From the NCBI GenBank assembly GCA_035690365.1, contig DASSKP010000002.1, forward strand, positions 10,983 to 74,982: a stretch of DNA of 64,000 bases, in the 5' to 3' direction. This stretch comes from Mycobacteriales bacterium. Its GTDB lineage: Bacteria > Actinomycetota > Actinomycetes > JAFAQI01. The notes under the pieces are model-generated. The model was not told the origin of the DNA. It worked only from the letters and a program-made list of their open reading frames with translations, and made no database searches. The translations under genes were made by a program, and so were the position numbers. This document shows positions 39,496 to 48,463 of this stretch, piece by piece (within the stretch, counting starts at the first letter, position 1; every line of letters starts with the position of its first letter).

Positions 39496-40380
39496 CTAAC
39501 GTGCGAGGCGGCCCAGCCAGCGGAGCCAGCCCGGCCACATCTCGAGGTAGTGGTCGCGGGCGATCGGGTCGACGTAGGCAAGGGGTTCGTCCTCGTCGTC
39601 GTCGTCGATGACGATGCCGCGCCTGCCGGAGTACTCCTTGAGGTGCCGCAACAGGTCATCGGGACGTTCTTCGCCCGTTGCCGTGAGCGTCACGTCGCCG
39701 TCGGCGGCAGTCGCTCGAAGGACGGCCCCGTCGTCGAGGAACCAGTCGAACTCATCGTCCTCGACGCCGTAGAGCGGCGCCTTCGCGTGCGCCTCCGACC
39801 GGGAGCGCCAGGCCAACACGTCACCGGTCTTGCGGTCGACCGCGAAGACGGCCGCGGGCGCGTCCCCGGGTTCGTCGCCGATCGCGGCGTCGTCCCGGGG
39901 AGAGTCGAGACGGCGTACGGCGACCAACGCACCCAGTGCGATCACGACGTGCGCCACCTGGAGGCCCACCTCCGCGCTGAGCCGGGCGCCGACGGCGAGC
40001 CCGGTGACGGAGGCCTGAAGTGCGGCCCCGACCGCCGCCAGGCCGCCACCAAGCGCTGTGAGGGCGAGCAACGACGTCAGCGCGCTCGTGTGCCAGGGGA
40101 GCGCCGGTCCGTCGGCGAGCGACGGAGCCGTCCGACGCCACCAGACGATGACGGCCGCGATGAGCAGCAGCAGCACACCGACGCCGTCGCCGAACTCGCC
40201 GAAGGACGTCAGGACCAGCCCGGTGTGGAAGCGGCCGGGTGGCCCGAACTCGTCGTGCTGTCCGATGGCGGCGAAGCCGCCGACGAGTGACGAGAGCAGC
40301 CGCAGCACCTGAGCAGCGAGCAGCGTGGTCACCAGCAGGTCGCCGGTACCGCGGAGCCGGCGGTCAGGAGGTGTGGTCAT
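39496..40380 (-). CDS. Hypothetical polytopic membrane protein with acidic C-terminal domain
   Basis: ATG 40378-40380 overlaps the esterase stop (ATGA). It has 4-5 TM segments and then DDEFDWFLDDG...IVIDDDDEDEPLAYVDP. The longer ORF 39496..41085 overlaps the esterase gene. Confidence 0.55.
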   Translation of the reverse strand: MTTPPDRRLRGTGDLLVTTLLAAQVLRLLSSLVGGFAAIGQHDEFGPPGRFHTGLVLTSFGEFGDGVGVLLLLIAAVIVWWRRTAPSLADGPALPWHTSALTSLLALTALGGGLAAVGAALQASVTGLAVGARLSAEVGLQVAHVVIALGALVAVRRLDSPRDDAAIGDEPGDAPAAVFAVDRKTGDVLAWRSRSEAHAKAPLYGVEDDEFDWFLDDGAVLRATAADGDVTLTATGEERPDDLLRHLKEYSGRRGIVIDDDDEDEPLAYVDPIARDHYLEMWPGWLRWLGRLAR

Positions 40381-41630
40381 GCGGTGAGCGACCTCATGTC
40401 GGCGTGGTCTGCGTAGACGTAACGCAGGAACCGCTCGACTCCGCGGATCACGTGTGCGCTGCGGATCGAGGCGAACACGTCGAAGGCGTGCTGGCCGCCC
40501 GGTAGCTCGGCATAGAGGACGGGGGCGCTGCTGACCTCGCGCAGCCGGCGGACGAGCTCGCGCGCCTCCGCGACCGGAACGAGTGAGTCGTGGGCGCCGT
40601 GAATGACGAAGAACGGTGGCGCGTCGTCGTGCACGTGCAGCAGCGGCGTCGCGTCGCGCGCGACGGCCGGGTCGGTCGACTTGAACACCATCTTGTTGAG
40701 GTAGTAGTCGGCGCGGCTGCGGCCGGCGCGAGTGTCGAGGACGTTGGCCAGGTCGTAGGCACCGTAGAACGGCACGCAGGCCTGCACGCTGGTGTCGGCG
40801 TCCTCGAACCCCGGCTGGTAGCGCGGATCGTTCTGCGTCAGCGCGAGCATCGCCGCAAGATGGCCACCGGCGGACCCGCCCGTCACCGCGATGAACGACG
40901 GATCGCCGCCGAACTCCTCCGCGTGCTCGCGGACCCACACCAGCGCACGCTTCAGCGCCACCAGATGGTCGGGCCACGTCGCCTTCGGCGACAGCGGGTA
41001 GTTGGGTGCCATGCAGACCCAGTCGCGCGCTGCCAGATGGGTCATCAGCGGCAGGCCCTGATCCTCCTTGCGGCCGATCACCCACCCGCCGCCGTGCACC
41101 TGCACGATCACCGGCAGGCCGGTCTTGTGCCCGTCGCGCGGGTGGTAGACGTCCAGCCGATGCCGGGGGTTGCCGTCGCCGACGTAGTCGATGTCACGAA
41201 CTCGCTTCACCGCCGGGTGCTTCACCTGCCAGGGCATCAGCACCTGGCGCCACGGCGTGGTGAGGTCGGCCTCGTCCGGCTTGGGGTCGAGCCGCGCGAC
41301 GTAGTCGTCGTGGAGCCCCTCGGTCAGCGCCCGCTCGACGTGATGCCTCGACTCGAGACCCTGCCGGATCAGCCAGGCGAGCCCGGCGACCGACGCCGCG
41401 TTGAGCGCCAGCGCGAGCTTGTCGTCCCTGTCGAGACGTCCGCGGCGTCTGGCGACGTACGCCGCGGAACCGCCCACGGTGATCGCGAGGTTGTGGGGCG
41501 CCAGCTCGCTGGTCAGCCAGCTGGCGAAGAAGCTCGGCACCGCCAGCGGGTTGCTCCCCGGCAGCGGCCGAAGCCCGTTGGCGGTCAGTGCGGCCCCGAG
41601 ACCGGCAAGGCGAAGGAAACGACGGCTCAC
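40377..41630 (-). CDS. Alpha/beta hydrolase, HSL-type esterase/lipase with N-terminal membrane segments
   Basis: The oxyanion motif is VQVHGGGWVIG, and the nucleophile elbow is VTGGSAGGHLA. HGAHDSLVP lies near the C-terminus. Confidence 0.8.
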   Translation of the reverse strand: MSRRFLRLAGLGAALTANGLRPLPGSNPLAVPSFFASWLTSELAPHNLAITVGGSAAYVARRRGRLDRDDKLALALNAASVAGLAWLIRQGLESRHHVERALTEGLHDDYVARLDPKPDEADLTTPWRQVLMPWQVKHPAVKRVRDIDYVGDGNPRHRLDVYHPRDGHKTGLPVIVQVHGGGWVIGRKEDQGLPLMTHLAARDWVCMAPNYPLSPKATWPDHLVALKRALVWVREHAEEFGGDPSFIAVTGGSAGGHLAAMLALTQNDPRYQPGFEDADTSVQACVPFYGAYDLANVLDTRAGRSRADYYLNKMVFKSTDPAVARDATPLLHVHDDAPPFFVIHGAHDSLVPVAEARELVRRLREVSSAPVLYAELPGGQHAFDVFASIRSAHVIRGVERFLRYVYADHADMRSLTA

Positions 41631-41658
41631 AGCGGCAAGTCTGCCAGTCCTCGCGGAT

Positions 41659-41673
41659 CTGACGCCTCGTCAG
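41659..41673. promoter_or_regulatory. Perfect palindrome CTGACG-CCT-CGTCAG
   Basis: It lies in the 76-bp divergent region between the esterase (start 41630) and WS/DGAT (start 41707). A second palindrome, AACGGCG-GAT-CGCCGTT, follows at 41678-41694. Confidence 0.45.
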
Positions 41674-41706
41674 GCCGAACGGCGGATCGCCGTTACGCTT
41701 CTCTCT

Positions 41707-43161
41707 ATGCAGCGACTCGGTGGACTGGACTCCGCCTTCCTCTATTTCGAGACGCCGACGATGCACATGCATGTCGGCGGCCTCATGCTCATCGACCCGT
41801 CGACGATGTCCAAGCCCTACTCGTACGCCGACGTCTACCGCTACATCGAGTCGCGGCTGTCGCTCGTGCCGGCCTTTCGTCGCAAGCTCGCCACGGTCCC
41901 GCTCAACCTGTCCAAGCCCTACTGGGTCGAGGACCAGGACTTCGACCTCGACTACCACCTGCACCGCATCGCCGTGCCGCCGCCCGGCGGCGACAAGGAG
42001 ACTGCGGAGGTCGTCGCCGACATCCTCAGCAAGCCGATGGACCGTAGCCGTCCGCTCTGGCAGATGTGGGTCGTCGAGGGGCGCAAGGACGGCCTCATCG
42101 GCATCGTCAGCAAGGTCCACCACAGCACCATCGACGGCGTCACGGGCGCCAACATGATGGCCGAGCTGTTCGACCTCGAGCCGGACGCGGCTCCGCGTAA
42201 GCCGCAGATGGATCTGTGGGAGCCGGAGCGCAAGCCGAGCGACGTCGAGATGCTGGGCCGCGCGGTCTACGACGTGATCAGCCGTCCGGTCGGCGTGGCG
42301 AAGCTCATCCCCGGCACCGTCCTGGGCGCCGGCAAGCTGTTGCTGAGCCGACGTCACCGCGGCGGCGGCATGCCCGCGCCGTTCACCGCGCCGCGGACGT
42401 CGTTCAACGCGACCGTCACGCCGCACCGCATCGTCGCCTACACGCACGTCCCGCTCGAGGACGTGAAGAAGGTGAAGAACGCCTTCGGCGTGAAGGTCAA
42501 CGACGTCGTCATCGCGATCACGTCAGGCGCCTTGCGGCGCTACCTCGCCGAGCGTGACGAGCTCCCGGACCGCTCGCTGATCGCCGCCATCCCTGTCTCG
42601 GTTCACGACCGCAGTGAGAGCAAGCAGGGCACGACGAAGGTGTCGTTCATGTTCTCCAGCCTGGAGAGCGACGTCGACGACCCGGGGGAGCGGTTGCGCC
42701 GGATCGCCGAGACCAACGATGCGGCGAAGGAGGAGCACGAGCTCGTCGGCGCCAGCATGTTGCAGGACTGGGCGGAGCACGCCGCGCCCAACACGTTCTC
42801 GCTCGCGGCCCGGGTCTACTCCAGCCTCCGGCTCTCCGAGCGTCACCCGGTCGTGCACAACCTCATCGTGTCCAACGTCCCGGGTCCGCCGATCCCGCTC
42901 TACTTCGCCGGCGCGAAGCTCGTCGCGCTGCACCCGCTCGGCCCGGTCATGGACGGTGCGGGACTCAACGTCACCGTGCTGTCCAACATGGACGTGCTGG
43001 GCTTCGGCTTCATCGCCTGCCGCGAGCTCATGCCGGAGCTGTGGGATCTCTCCGACGCAGTCGCTCCCGCCCTGGCGGAGCTGGTCGAAGCGGCCGACGC
43101 GGTCGCCGGCAGCAGTGGCAAGCAGGCTAAGCGGCCGGCCGCCGCTCCAGCCGGCGGGTGA
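41707..43161 (+). CDS. Wax ester synthase / diacylglycerol acyltransferase (WS/DGAT)
   Basis: From ATG 41707: LDSAFLYFETPTMHMHVGG and the catalytic HHSTIDG (HHxxxDG), and the C-terminal NVPGPPIPLYFAG motif. Confidence 0.9.
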   Translation: MQRLGGLDSAFLYFETPTMHMHVGGLMLIDPSTMSKPYSYADVYRYIESRLSLVPAFRRKLATVPLNLSKPYWVEDQDFDLDYHLHRIAVPPPGGDKETAEVVADILSKPMDRSRPLWQMWVVEGRKDGLIGIVSKVHHSTIDGVTGANMMAELFDLEPDAAPRKPQMDLWEPERKPSDVEMLGRAVYDVISRPVGVAKLIPGTVLGAGKLLLSRRHRGGGMPAPFTAPRTSFNATVTPHRIVAYTHVPLEDVKKVKNAFGVKVNDVVIAITSGALRRYLAERDELPDRSLIAAIPVSVHDRSESKQGTTKVSFMFSSLESDVDDPGERLRRIAETNDAAKEEHELVGASMLQDWAEHAAPNTFSLAARVYSSLRLSERHPVVHNLIVSNVPGPPIPLYFAGAKLVALHPLGPVMDGAGLNVTVLSNMDVLGFGFIACRELMPELWDLSDAVAPALAELVEAADAVAGSSGKQAKRPAAAPAGG

Positions 43162-44083
43162 CCGAGCGGCACGCTGCGATCAGCACCGGCACGAACTCTT
43201 CTGCGCCGAGCACGATCGCGGCGTGGTTGCCCTCGACGTCGTAGGTCATCGCGCCGGGGATCGACGCGGCGAGCCGCCGTTGCCGTCGCGTCGGGATGAA
43301 CCGGTCGCGGGTCGCGACGATGACACTGGTCGGTACGTCGACCCGGTTGATCCATGTCGCGGAGTCGAACTTTCCGATCTCGTCGAGAGCGGCGAAGATC
43401 GACCAGGCACTCGTGCTGCGGAACTCCGTCATCGCCCACGGTGCGATCCGGTCGGCGGCGGCGGACAGTCCGGACGGCTGGTCGCTCAACGCGCCGGCGA
43501 CCTTGAGCATGCCGGTGCGTGCACGAACGCCCCAGCGGTTCATGGCAGCGGCGGTGAGCGAGAACCACAACCGCTCGGTCATCTTGCCGCGGAAGTTGCG
43601 CGCCGTCGCGGCGAGCACGAGTCCCTCGACCCGCTCGCGATGCCGCTTCCACGTCATCTGGGCAACGGCGCCACCCATCGAGTAGCCGACGAGCATGAAC
43701 TTGTCGACGCGGCAGGCGTCCGCGACCGCGACCACGTCGTCGGCGCAGTCGGGGATGCGGAAGTGCTCTGACTGGATGCCGCGACCGTGCCAGCGCTGGT
43801 CGAACGCGATGACGCGGTAGTGCTGCGTCAGCGCCTCGATCGACGGATACCAGGACAGCGCCGCGGTCGTCGCGAGCGCGTGCAGAAGGATCACCGTCGG
43901 GGCGCCTTCAGGACCGGGCGCGTCGATCACGCAGGTCCGTCCGCGATCCGGCAGCTCGACGAGTCGCGGCGCAGGGAGGTCTACCGGCTTGGCGGCCTTG
44001 GCGATCTTTCCGAGGGCGTTGGCCACACGCGGCACTCGTCCGCCCGGCGAGCCGGGCTCACGGTCGGCGTTGTCACTCGTCAT
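43127..44083 (-). CDS. Alpha/beta hydrolase
   Basis: From ATG 44081-44083 (MTSDNADREPG...): TVILLHALATT, the nucleophile elbow VGYSMGG, and C-terminal GNHAAIV. Its 3-prime end overlaps the WS/DGAT 3-prime end by 35 nt. Confidence 0.75.
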   Translation of the reverse strand: MTSDNADREPGSPGGRVPRVANALGKIAKAAKPVDLPAPRLVELPDRGRTCVIDAPGPEGAPTVILLHALATTAALSWYPSIEALTQHYRVIAFDQRWHGRGIQSEHFRIPDCADDVVAVADACRVDKFMLVGYSMGGAVAQMTWKRHRERVEGLVLAATARNFRGKMTERLWFSLTAAAMNRWGVRARTGMLKVAGALSDQPSGLSAAADRIAPWAMTEFRSTSAWSIFAALDEIGKFDSATWINRVDVPTSVIVATRDRFIPTRRQRRLAASIPGAMTYDVEGNHAAIVLGAEEFVPVLIAACRSVTRRLERRPAA

Positions 44084-44100
44084 TGGATCCGAAGATAACC

Positions 44101-44115
44101 CTGACGGGTCGTCAG
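44101..44115. promoter_or_regulatory. Perfect palindrome CTGACG-GGT-CGTCAG
   Basis: It lies 18 nt upstream of the hydrolase ATG (minus strand) and 40 nt from a KstR box. The half-sites are the same as at 41659. Confidence 0.45.
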
Positions 44116-44154
44116 AAATGACCGGCACGCCAAGTTCTCTGGCTTTCACAAAAC

Positions 44155-44168
44155 TGAAACCTGTTCTA
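44155..44168. promoter_or_regulatory. KstR operator-like box TGAAACCTGTTCTA
   Basis: It matches TnnAACnnGTTnnA perfectly. It lies 11 nt upstream of the GTG start of the fused ACAD. Confidence 0.7.
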
Positions 44169-44178
44169 ATATGCCCGG

Positions 44179-46287
44179 GTGCCGTGGAGCGCGCTGGCCG
44201 TGACGGCCGAGCAGGCTGCCCTCGCGGAGGCCGTTCGCGGCTTCGCGCAGTCCACCTCGCTCGTGAAGGAGTCGCGCGCCGCCGCAGAGGGCGAAAGCCC
44301 GACGCTCCCACCCTCCTGGTCGCTGCTCGCCAAGCAGGAGCTGCTCGCGTTGCCCTTCGACGCGGAGCTGGTCGACGTGTGCGTCGCGGTTGACGCCCTT
44401 GGTGCTGCTCTGGCCCCGGGACCGCTCGTGCCGACCCTCGCCGTCGCCCGGCTCGTCGCGAGCGCCGGCGACGACGCCGCCCGCGGGCTGGTCGAGCCTG
44501 GAGTGCGTGACGGTTCCTTCAGTGCTGCCGTCGATGTCGACGGACTGCTTGTCGGCGGCGCTGCCGTCACCCATGTCCTGACGCGCGTCGGCGGCGAGCT
44601 GTGTCTCGTCGACGCCGCCTCCGCCGTGATCGAGTCGCAGCCCGGTCTCGACGGCAGCCGAGGCGTGGCGACCCTGTCGGCCGCCCCGTCCGCGGATGTC
44701 GTCGTCGGGCGGCTGCCCGGAGTGACCGATGGCGACGTACGACGTCTTGTCGCCGTGCTCCTCTCCGCGGAGTCGGCCGGCATCGCGGCGTGGTGTCTCG
44801 AGACCGCCGTCGACTACGCGAAGGTGCGTGAGCAGTTCGGCCAGCCGATCGGTGCGTTCCAGGCCGTGAAGCATCGCTGCGCGCGAATGCTCGCCGAGGT
44901 CGAGCTGGCCCGGGCCGCTGTCTGGGACGCCGCCGGCGCCCACGACGACGACGCCGACGAGGACACCCGACGCCTCGTGACTGCGGTCGCCGCGTCGGCC
45001 GCACTGCAGGCCGCGGTCGACAACGCGAAGAGCGTCGTGCAGGTGCTCGGCGGCATCGGCTACACCTGGGAGCACGACGCGCACCTCTATCTCAAGCGCG
45101 CGATCGCCAACCGGCAGCTGCTGGGCGGCGGCACGACGTCATGGCATCGCGAAGCCGTGCAGCTCGCTCGCAGCGGCGTACGACGGTCACGGCACCTGCA
45201 TCTCGGTCCCGACGCCGAGCCCGTGCGGGCAGAGGTGCAGGAGTTCCTGACCGGGGTGCAGTCGCTGGACAGCACCGAGCAGCGCAAGGCGATCGCCGAT
45301 GCGGGCTATCTCGTCCCGCACTGGCCGAAGCCCTATGGTCGCGCCGCCGGACCGGTCGAGCAGCTTGTGATCGACGAGGAGTTCGCGCGCGCGGGCGTCG
45401 ATCGGCCGGACCTCATCATCGGCAACTGGGCACTGCCGACGATCCTCGAGCACGGCACGGACGAGCAGCGCAGCCGGTTCGTCCCGCCGACGCTCTACGG
45501 CGAGATCAAGTGGTGCCAGATGTTCAGCGAACCCGGTGCGGGCTCCGACCTCGCCTCACTGCAGACGAAGGCGGTGCGCGTCGAGGGCGGCTGGTCGCTG
45601 TCGGGGCAGAAGGTGTGGACGTCGCAGGCGCGCGTCGCCCAGTGGGCGATCTGTCTGGCCCGCACGTCCAGCGAACCTGACCGTCACGCCGGCATCACCT
45701 ACTTCCTCGTGGACATGAGGTCGCCCGGTCTCGACGTGCGGCCGCTGCGCGAGCTGACCGGCCACGCGATGTTCAACGAGATCTTCCTGACCGACGTCTT
45801 CGTGCCGGACGACTGTGTCGTCGGCGAGGTCGGGGGCGGCTGGCGGCTCGCCCGCACGACGCTCGCGAACGAGCGGGTCGCGATGAGCAGCGGCTCGGCC
45901 TTCCCCTCCGGCATCGAGCAGCTGCTCGAGGCGCTCGACGCGCACGAGGCGTCGGAGGACGACGCGGCGCAGGTCGCCGTCGGCGAGCTGATCTGCCGCG
46001 CCCAGGCCGACGTGATGCTGGGTGTTCGCGCCACGCTCGCCCGGGTCTCGGGCACCGACCCGGGTGCGGCGTCGAGTGTCCGCAAGCTGGTCGGCATGCA
46101 CCTGCGCCAGGACGCCTCCGAGCTCTCCCTGTCACTGCTCGGTCCGGCAGCGGCGGCCGGTGGTGACGCGGCGACGGCGGCACTGCAACGATTCCTCGGC
46201 ACCCGCGCCCTCACCATCGCCGGTGGCACGAGCGAGGTCCTGCACAACGTGATCGCCGAGCGCATCCTCGGCTTGCCGAGAGGCTGA
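44179..46287 (+). CDS. fadE34: Fused two-domain acyl-CoA dehydrogenase (FadE34/ChsE3-like)
   Basis: It is 702 aa with two ACAD modules in one chain (first REQFGQPIGAFQAVKHRCARM, second GWPKPYG...MFSEPGAGSDLASLQTKAVR...IAGGTSEVLHN). The size and architecture are as for mycobacterial FadE34. A KstR box lies upstream. Confidence 0.75.
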   Translation: MPWSALAVTAEQAALAEAVRGFAQSTSLVKESRAAAEGESPTLPPSWSLLAKQELLALPFDAELVDVCVAVDALGAALAPGPLVPTLAVARLVASAGDDAARGLVEPGVRDGSFSAAVDVDGLLVGGAAVTHVLTRVGGELCLVDAASAVIESQPGLDGSRGVATLSAAPSADVVVGRLPGVTDGDVRRLVAVLLSAESAGIAAWCLETAVDYAKVREQFGQPIGAFQAVKHRCARMLAEVELARAAVWDAAGAHDDDADEDTRRLVTAVAASAALQAAVDNAKSVVQVLGGIGYTWEHDAHLYLKRAIANRQLLGGGTTSWHREAVQLARSGVRRSRHLHLGPDAEPVRAEVQEFLTGVQSLDSTEQRKAIADAGYLVPHWPKPYGRAAGPVEQLVIDEEFARAGVDRPDLIIGNWALPTILEHGTDEQRSRFVPPTLYGEIKWCQMFSEPGAGSDLASLQTKAVRVEGGWSLSGQKVWTSQARVAQWAICLARTSSEPDRHAGITYFLVDMRSPGLDVRPLRELTGHAMFNEIFLTDVFVPDDCVVGEVGGGWRLARTTLANERVAMSSGSAFPSGIEQLLEALDAHEASEDDAAQVAVGELICRAQADVMLGVRATLARVSGTDPGAASSVRKLVGMHLRQDASELSLSLLGPAAAAGGDAATAALQRFLGTRALTIAGGTSEVLHNVIAERILGLPRG

Positions 46288-46291
46288 CGCC

Positions 46292-47305
46292 ATGGTCGAC
46301 GAACTCAAGCTCGGGCTGATGCTCGGCTACTGGGGCGCCAACCCCGACGACGCGACCGAGACCGTGCTCGCCGCCGAGGACGTCGGCTTCGACTCGGTCT
46401 GGACCGCGGAGGCCTACGGGTCCGACGCCTTCACGCCGCTGACCTGGTACGCCGCACGCACCTCGCGGATCAAGCTCGGCACCGGCATCGTCCAGCTCTC
46501 GGCCCGCACGCCTGCCGCGACCGCGATGACCGCCGCGACCCTCGACGCCTTGTCCGGCGGGCGACTGACGCTCGGTCTCGGCGTCTCCGGTCCGCAGGTC
46601 GTCGAGGGTTGGTACGGCGTGCCGTTCCCGAAGCCGCTCGAGCGGACCCGTGAGTACGTCGACATCCTCCGCTCTGTCTGGCGGCGGGACGTCGTACGCA
46701 ACGACGGCGCGCACTACCCGCTGCCTTACCCCGGCGGCACCCAGCTCGGGAAGCCGATCAAGCTGACGCTGCACCCCGTGCGCGACCGGATCCCCGTGCT
46801 GCTCGGGGCGGAAGGGCCGAAGAATGTCGAGCTCGCGACGCAGGTCGCCGACGGCTGGCTGCCGATCTTCTACCACGTCGAGCGCGCCGGTTCGATCTAC
46901 GAAGAGGCACTCTCGGGTGCGCCTGACGGCTTCCGCATCTGCTGCCCGGTGACCGTCGTCGTCAACGATGACGTGGCTGCCGCGATCGAGGTCGTGAAGT
47001 GGACGCTCGCGTTCTACATCGGCGGCATGGGCGCGGCCAACATGAACTTCCACCTCAACGTCATCGGCCGGATGGGGTTCGCCGACGCAGCCGCCGTGGT
47101 GCAGAAGCACTTCCTCGACGGCGACCGCGAGGCCGCGATGCGCGCCGTCCCCGACGAGCTTGCCGACGGCATCGCGCTCTGCGGTCCGCTCGACCGGATC
47201 CGCGAGCGGCTCGACCTCTGGCGCAACAGCCCGGTGACGACGTTGCTCATCGGCGGCGTCCGCAACCCGGAGCACATGAAGGCGCTCGCGGACATGGTGC
47301 GTTGA
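46292..47305 (+). CDS. LLM-class F420-dependent oxidoreductase (luciferase-like)
   Basis: LGLMLGYWG...GFDSVWTAEAYGSDAFTPLTW...LGTGIVQLSARTPA...LGLGVSGPQVVEGWYG is typical of the F420-dependent LLM family found in cholesterol regulons. Confidence 0.85.
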   Translation: MVDELKLGLMLGYWGANPDDATETVLAAEDVGFDSVWTAEAYGSDAFTPLTWYAARTSRIKLGTGIVQLSARTPAATAMTAATLDALSGGRLTLGLGVSGPQVVEGWYGVPFPKPLERTREYVDILRSVWRRDVVRNDGAHYPLPYPGGTQLGKPIKLTLHPVRDRIPVLLGAEGPKNVELATQVADGWLPIFYHVERAGSIYEEALSGAPDGFRICCPVTVVVNDDVAAAIEVVKWTLAFYIGGMGAANMNFHLNVIGRMGFADAAAVVQKHFLDGDREAAMRAVPDELADGIALCGPLDRIRERLDLWRNSPVTTLLIGGVRNPEHMKALADMVR

Positions 47306-48402
47306 GCAGCGCCTCCTCGATCGGGGCGCTGAAGGCGCGCGCCCGTCGCGATGTCGACGAGGGGCTGCTGCCGTCGTGCCAGATCGCGGTGGCGCGCGAC
47401 GGCGAGCTGATCGTCGACGAGACATACGGCGCACCGGAGAGCTCCCGCTACGTCGCGTTCAGCGTCACCAAGGCGTTCACCGCGACTCTCGCCTGGCTGC
47501 TCATCGGCGAGGGACTGCTGCGCGACGACACCCGGGTCGCGGACGTCGTACCGGAGTTCGCGGCCAACGGGAAGGAGTCGGTGACGGTCGAGCATCTGCT
47601 CTGCCACACCGCCGGCTTCCCGCGGGCGCCGATGCGTCCGGAGGAGGGCGCCGACCGCGCGCAGCGGGTCGAGCGGATGGCGACCTGGCGGCTCGACTGG
47701 GAGCCGGGGACGCAGACGACCTACCACGCGACCTCGGCCTACTGGCCGCTCGTCGAGATGACCGACCGCATCTCCGGCGTCGACTTCCGGCGCTTGTTCG
47801 CGGAGCGGGTCGCGACGCCGCTCGGCCTTCCCGGGCTGCAGATCGGGCCGCCACCGGAGGCTCAGTCGGACGTGCAGCGGATCCAGGCGGCCGGTGCCAT
47901 CGACGAGGGCGGGCAGACGCTCGGCGACCACGTGAAGGAGACGGAGGAGCAGTTCCTGCTCCGCTTCAACGAACCGGAGGTGCTCGCGGCCGGGGTGCCC
48001 GGCGCGGGTGCCGTCGGACGTGCGGCCGACATTGCGCTGTTCTACCAAGCGCTGCTGCACAACCCCGACGACCTGTTCGACCCGAAGGTCCTCGCGGACG
48101 CGACCGGCAACGTCCGCAACCGGCTCGTCGACCCGCTGTTCGACTGCCCGGCCAACCGCACCCTCGGCCTCGTCGTCGCGGGTGACGACGACAAGGCGCC
48201 GGTGCGCGGCTTCGGGCGGCACACCGGCCCTCGGGCGTTCGGCGCGCAGGGGGTCGGCGGCCAGATCGCCTGGGCCGACCCGGACAGCGGCCTGTCGTTC
48301 AGCTACCTGACCAACGGCCTCGACGTCGACGTCGTGGGCTCTTTCGTCCGCTCCGCGAAGCTCGCCGGCCTCGCCGCGCGCTGCGCCGCGCAGGACCACT
48401 AG
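47302..48402 (+). CDS. Serine hydrolase, beta-lactamase/class C esterase family
   Basis: TTG 47302 overlaps the upstream stop (TTGA). It has the SxxK motif FSVTKAF, a YHA(T/S) element and HTAGFP. Confidence 0.75.
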   Translation: MSSASSIGALKARARRDVDEGLLPSCQIAVARDGELIVDETYGAPESSRYVAFSVTKAFTATLAWLLIGEGLLRDDTRVADVVPEFAANGKESVTVEHLLCHTAGFPRAPMRPEEGADRAQRVERMATWRLDWEPGTQTTYHATSAYWPLVEMTDRISGVDFRRLFAERVATPLGLPGLQIGPPPEAQSDVQRIQAAGAIDEGGQTLGDHVKETEEQFLLRFNEPEVLAAGVPGAGAVGRAADIALFYQALLHNPDDLFDPKVLADATGNVRNRLVDPLFDCPANRTLGLVVAGDDDKAPVRGFGRHTGPRAFGAQGVGGQIAWADPDSGLSFSYLTNGLDVDVVGSFVRSAKLAGLAARCAAQDH

Positions 48403-48463
48403 CCCCGACAGCGCGGACCTTCGGCCCTTCCGCCGCGGGCCGGAGCGCGCCACCGTCAGAGAC

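Noticed and set aside
38044-40290. 748-aa plus-strand ORF spanning the M50 protease 3-prime half, the hypothetical gene and the antisense of the membrane protein
   Set aside because: It is out of frame with the convincing M50 gene (HEMGHAV frame). It has extreme Arg/Ala/Gly/Pro content and no motifs.
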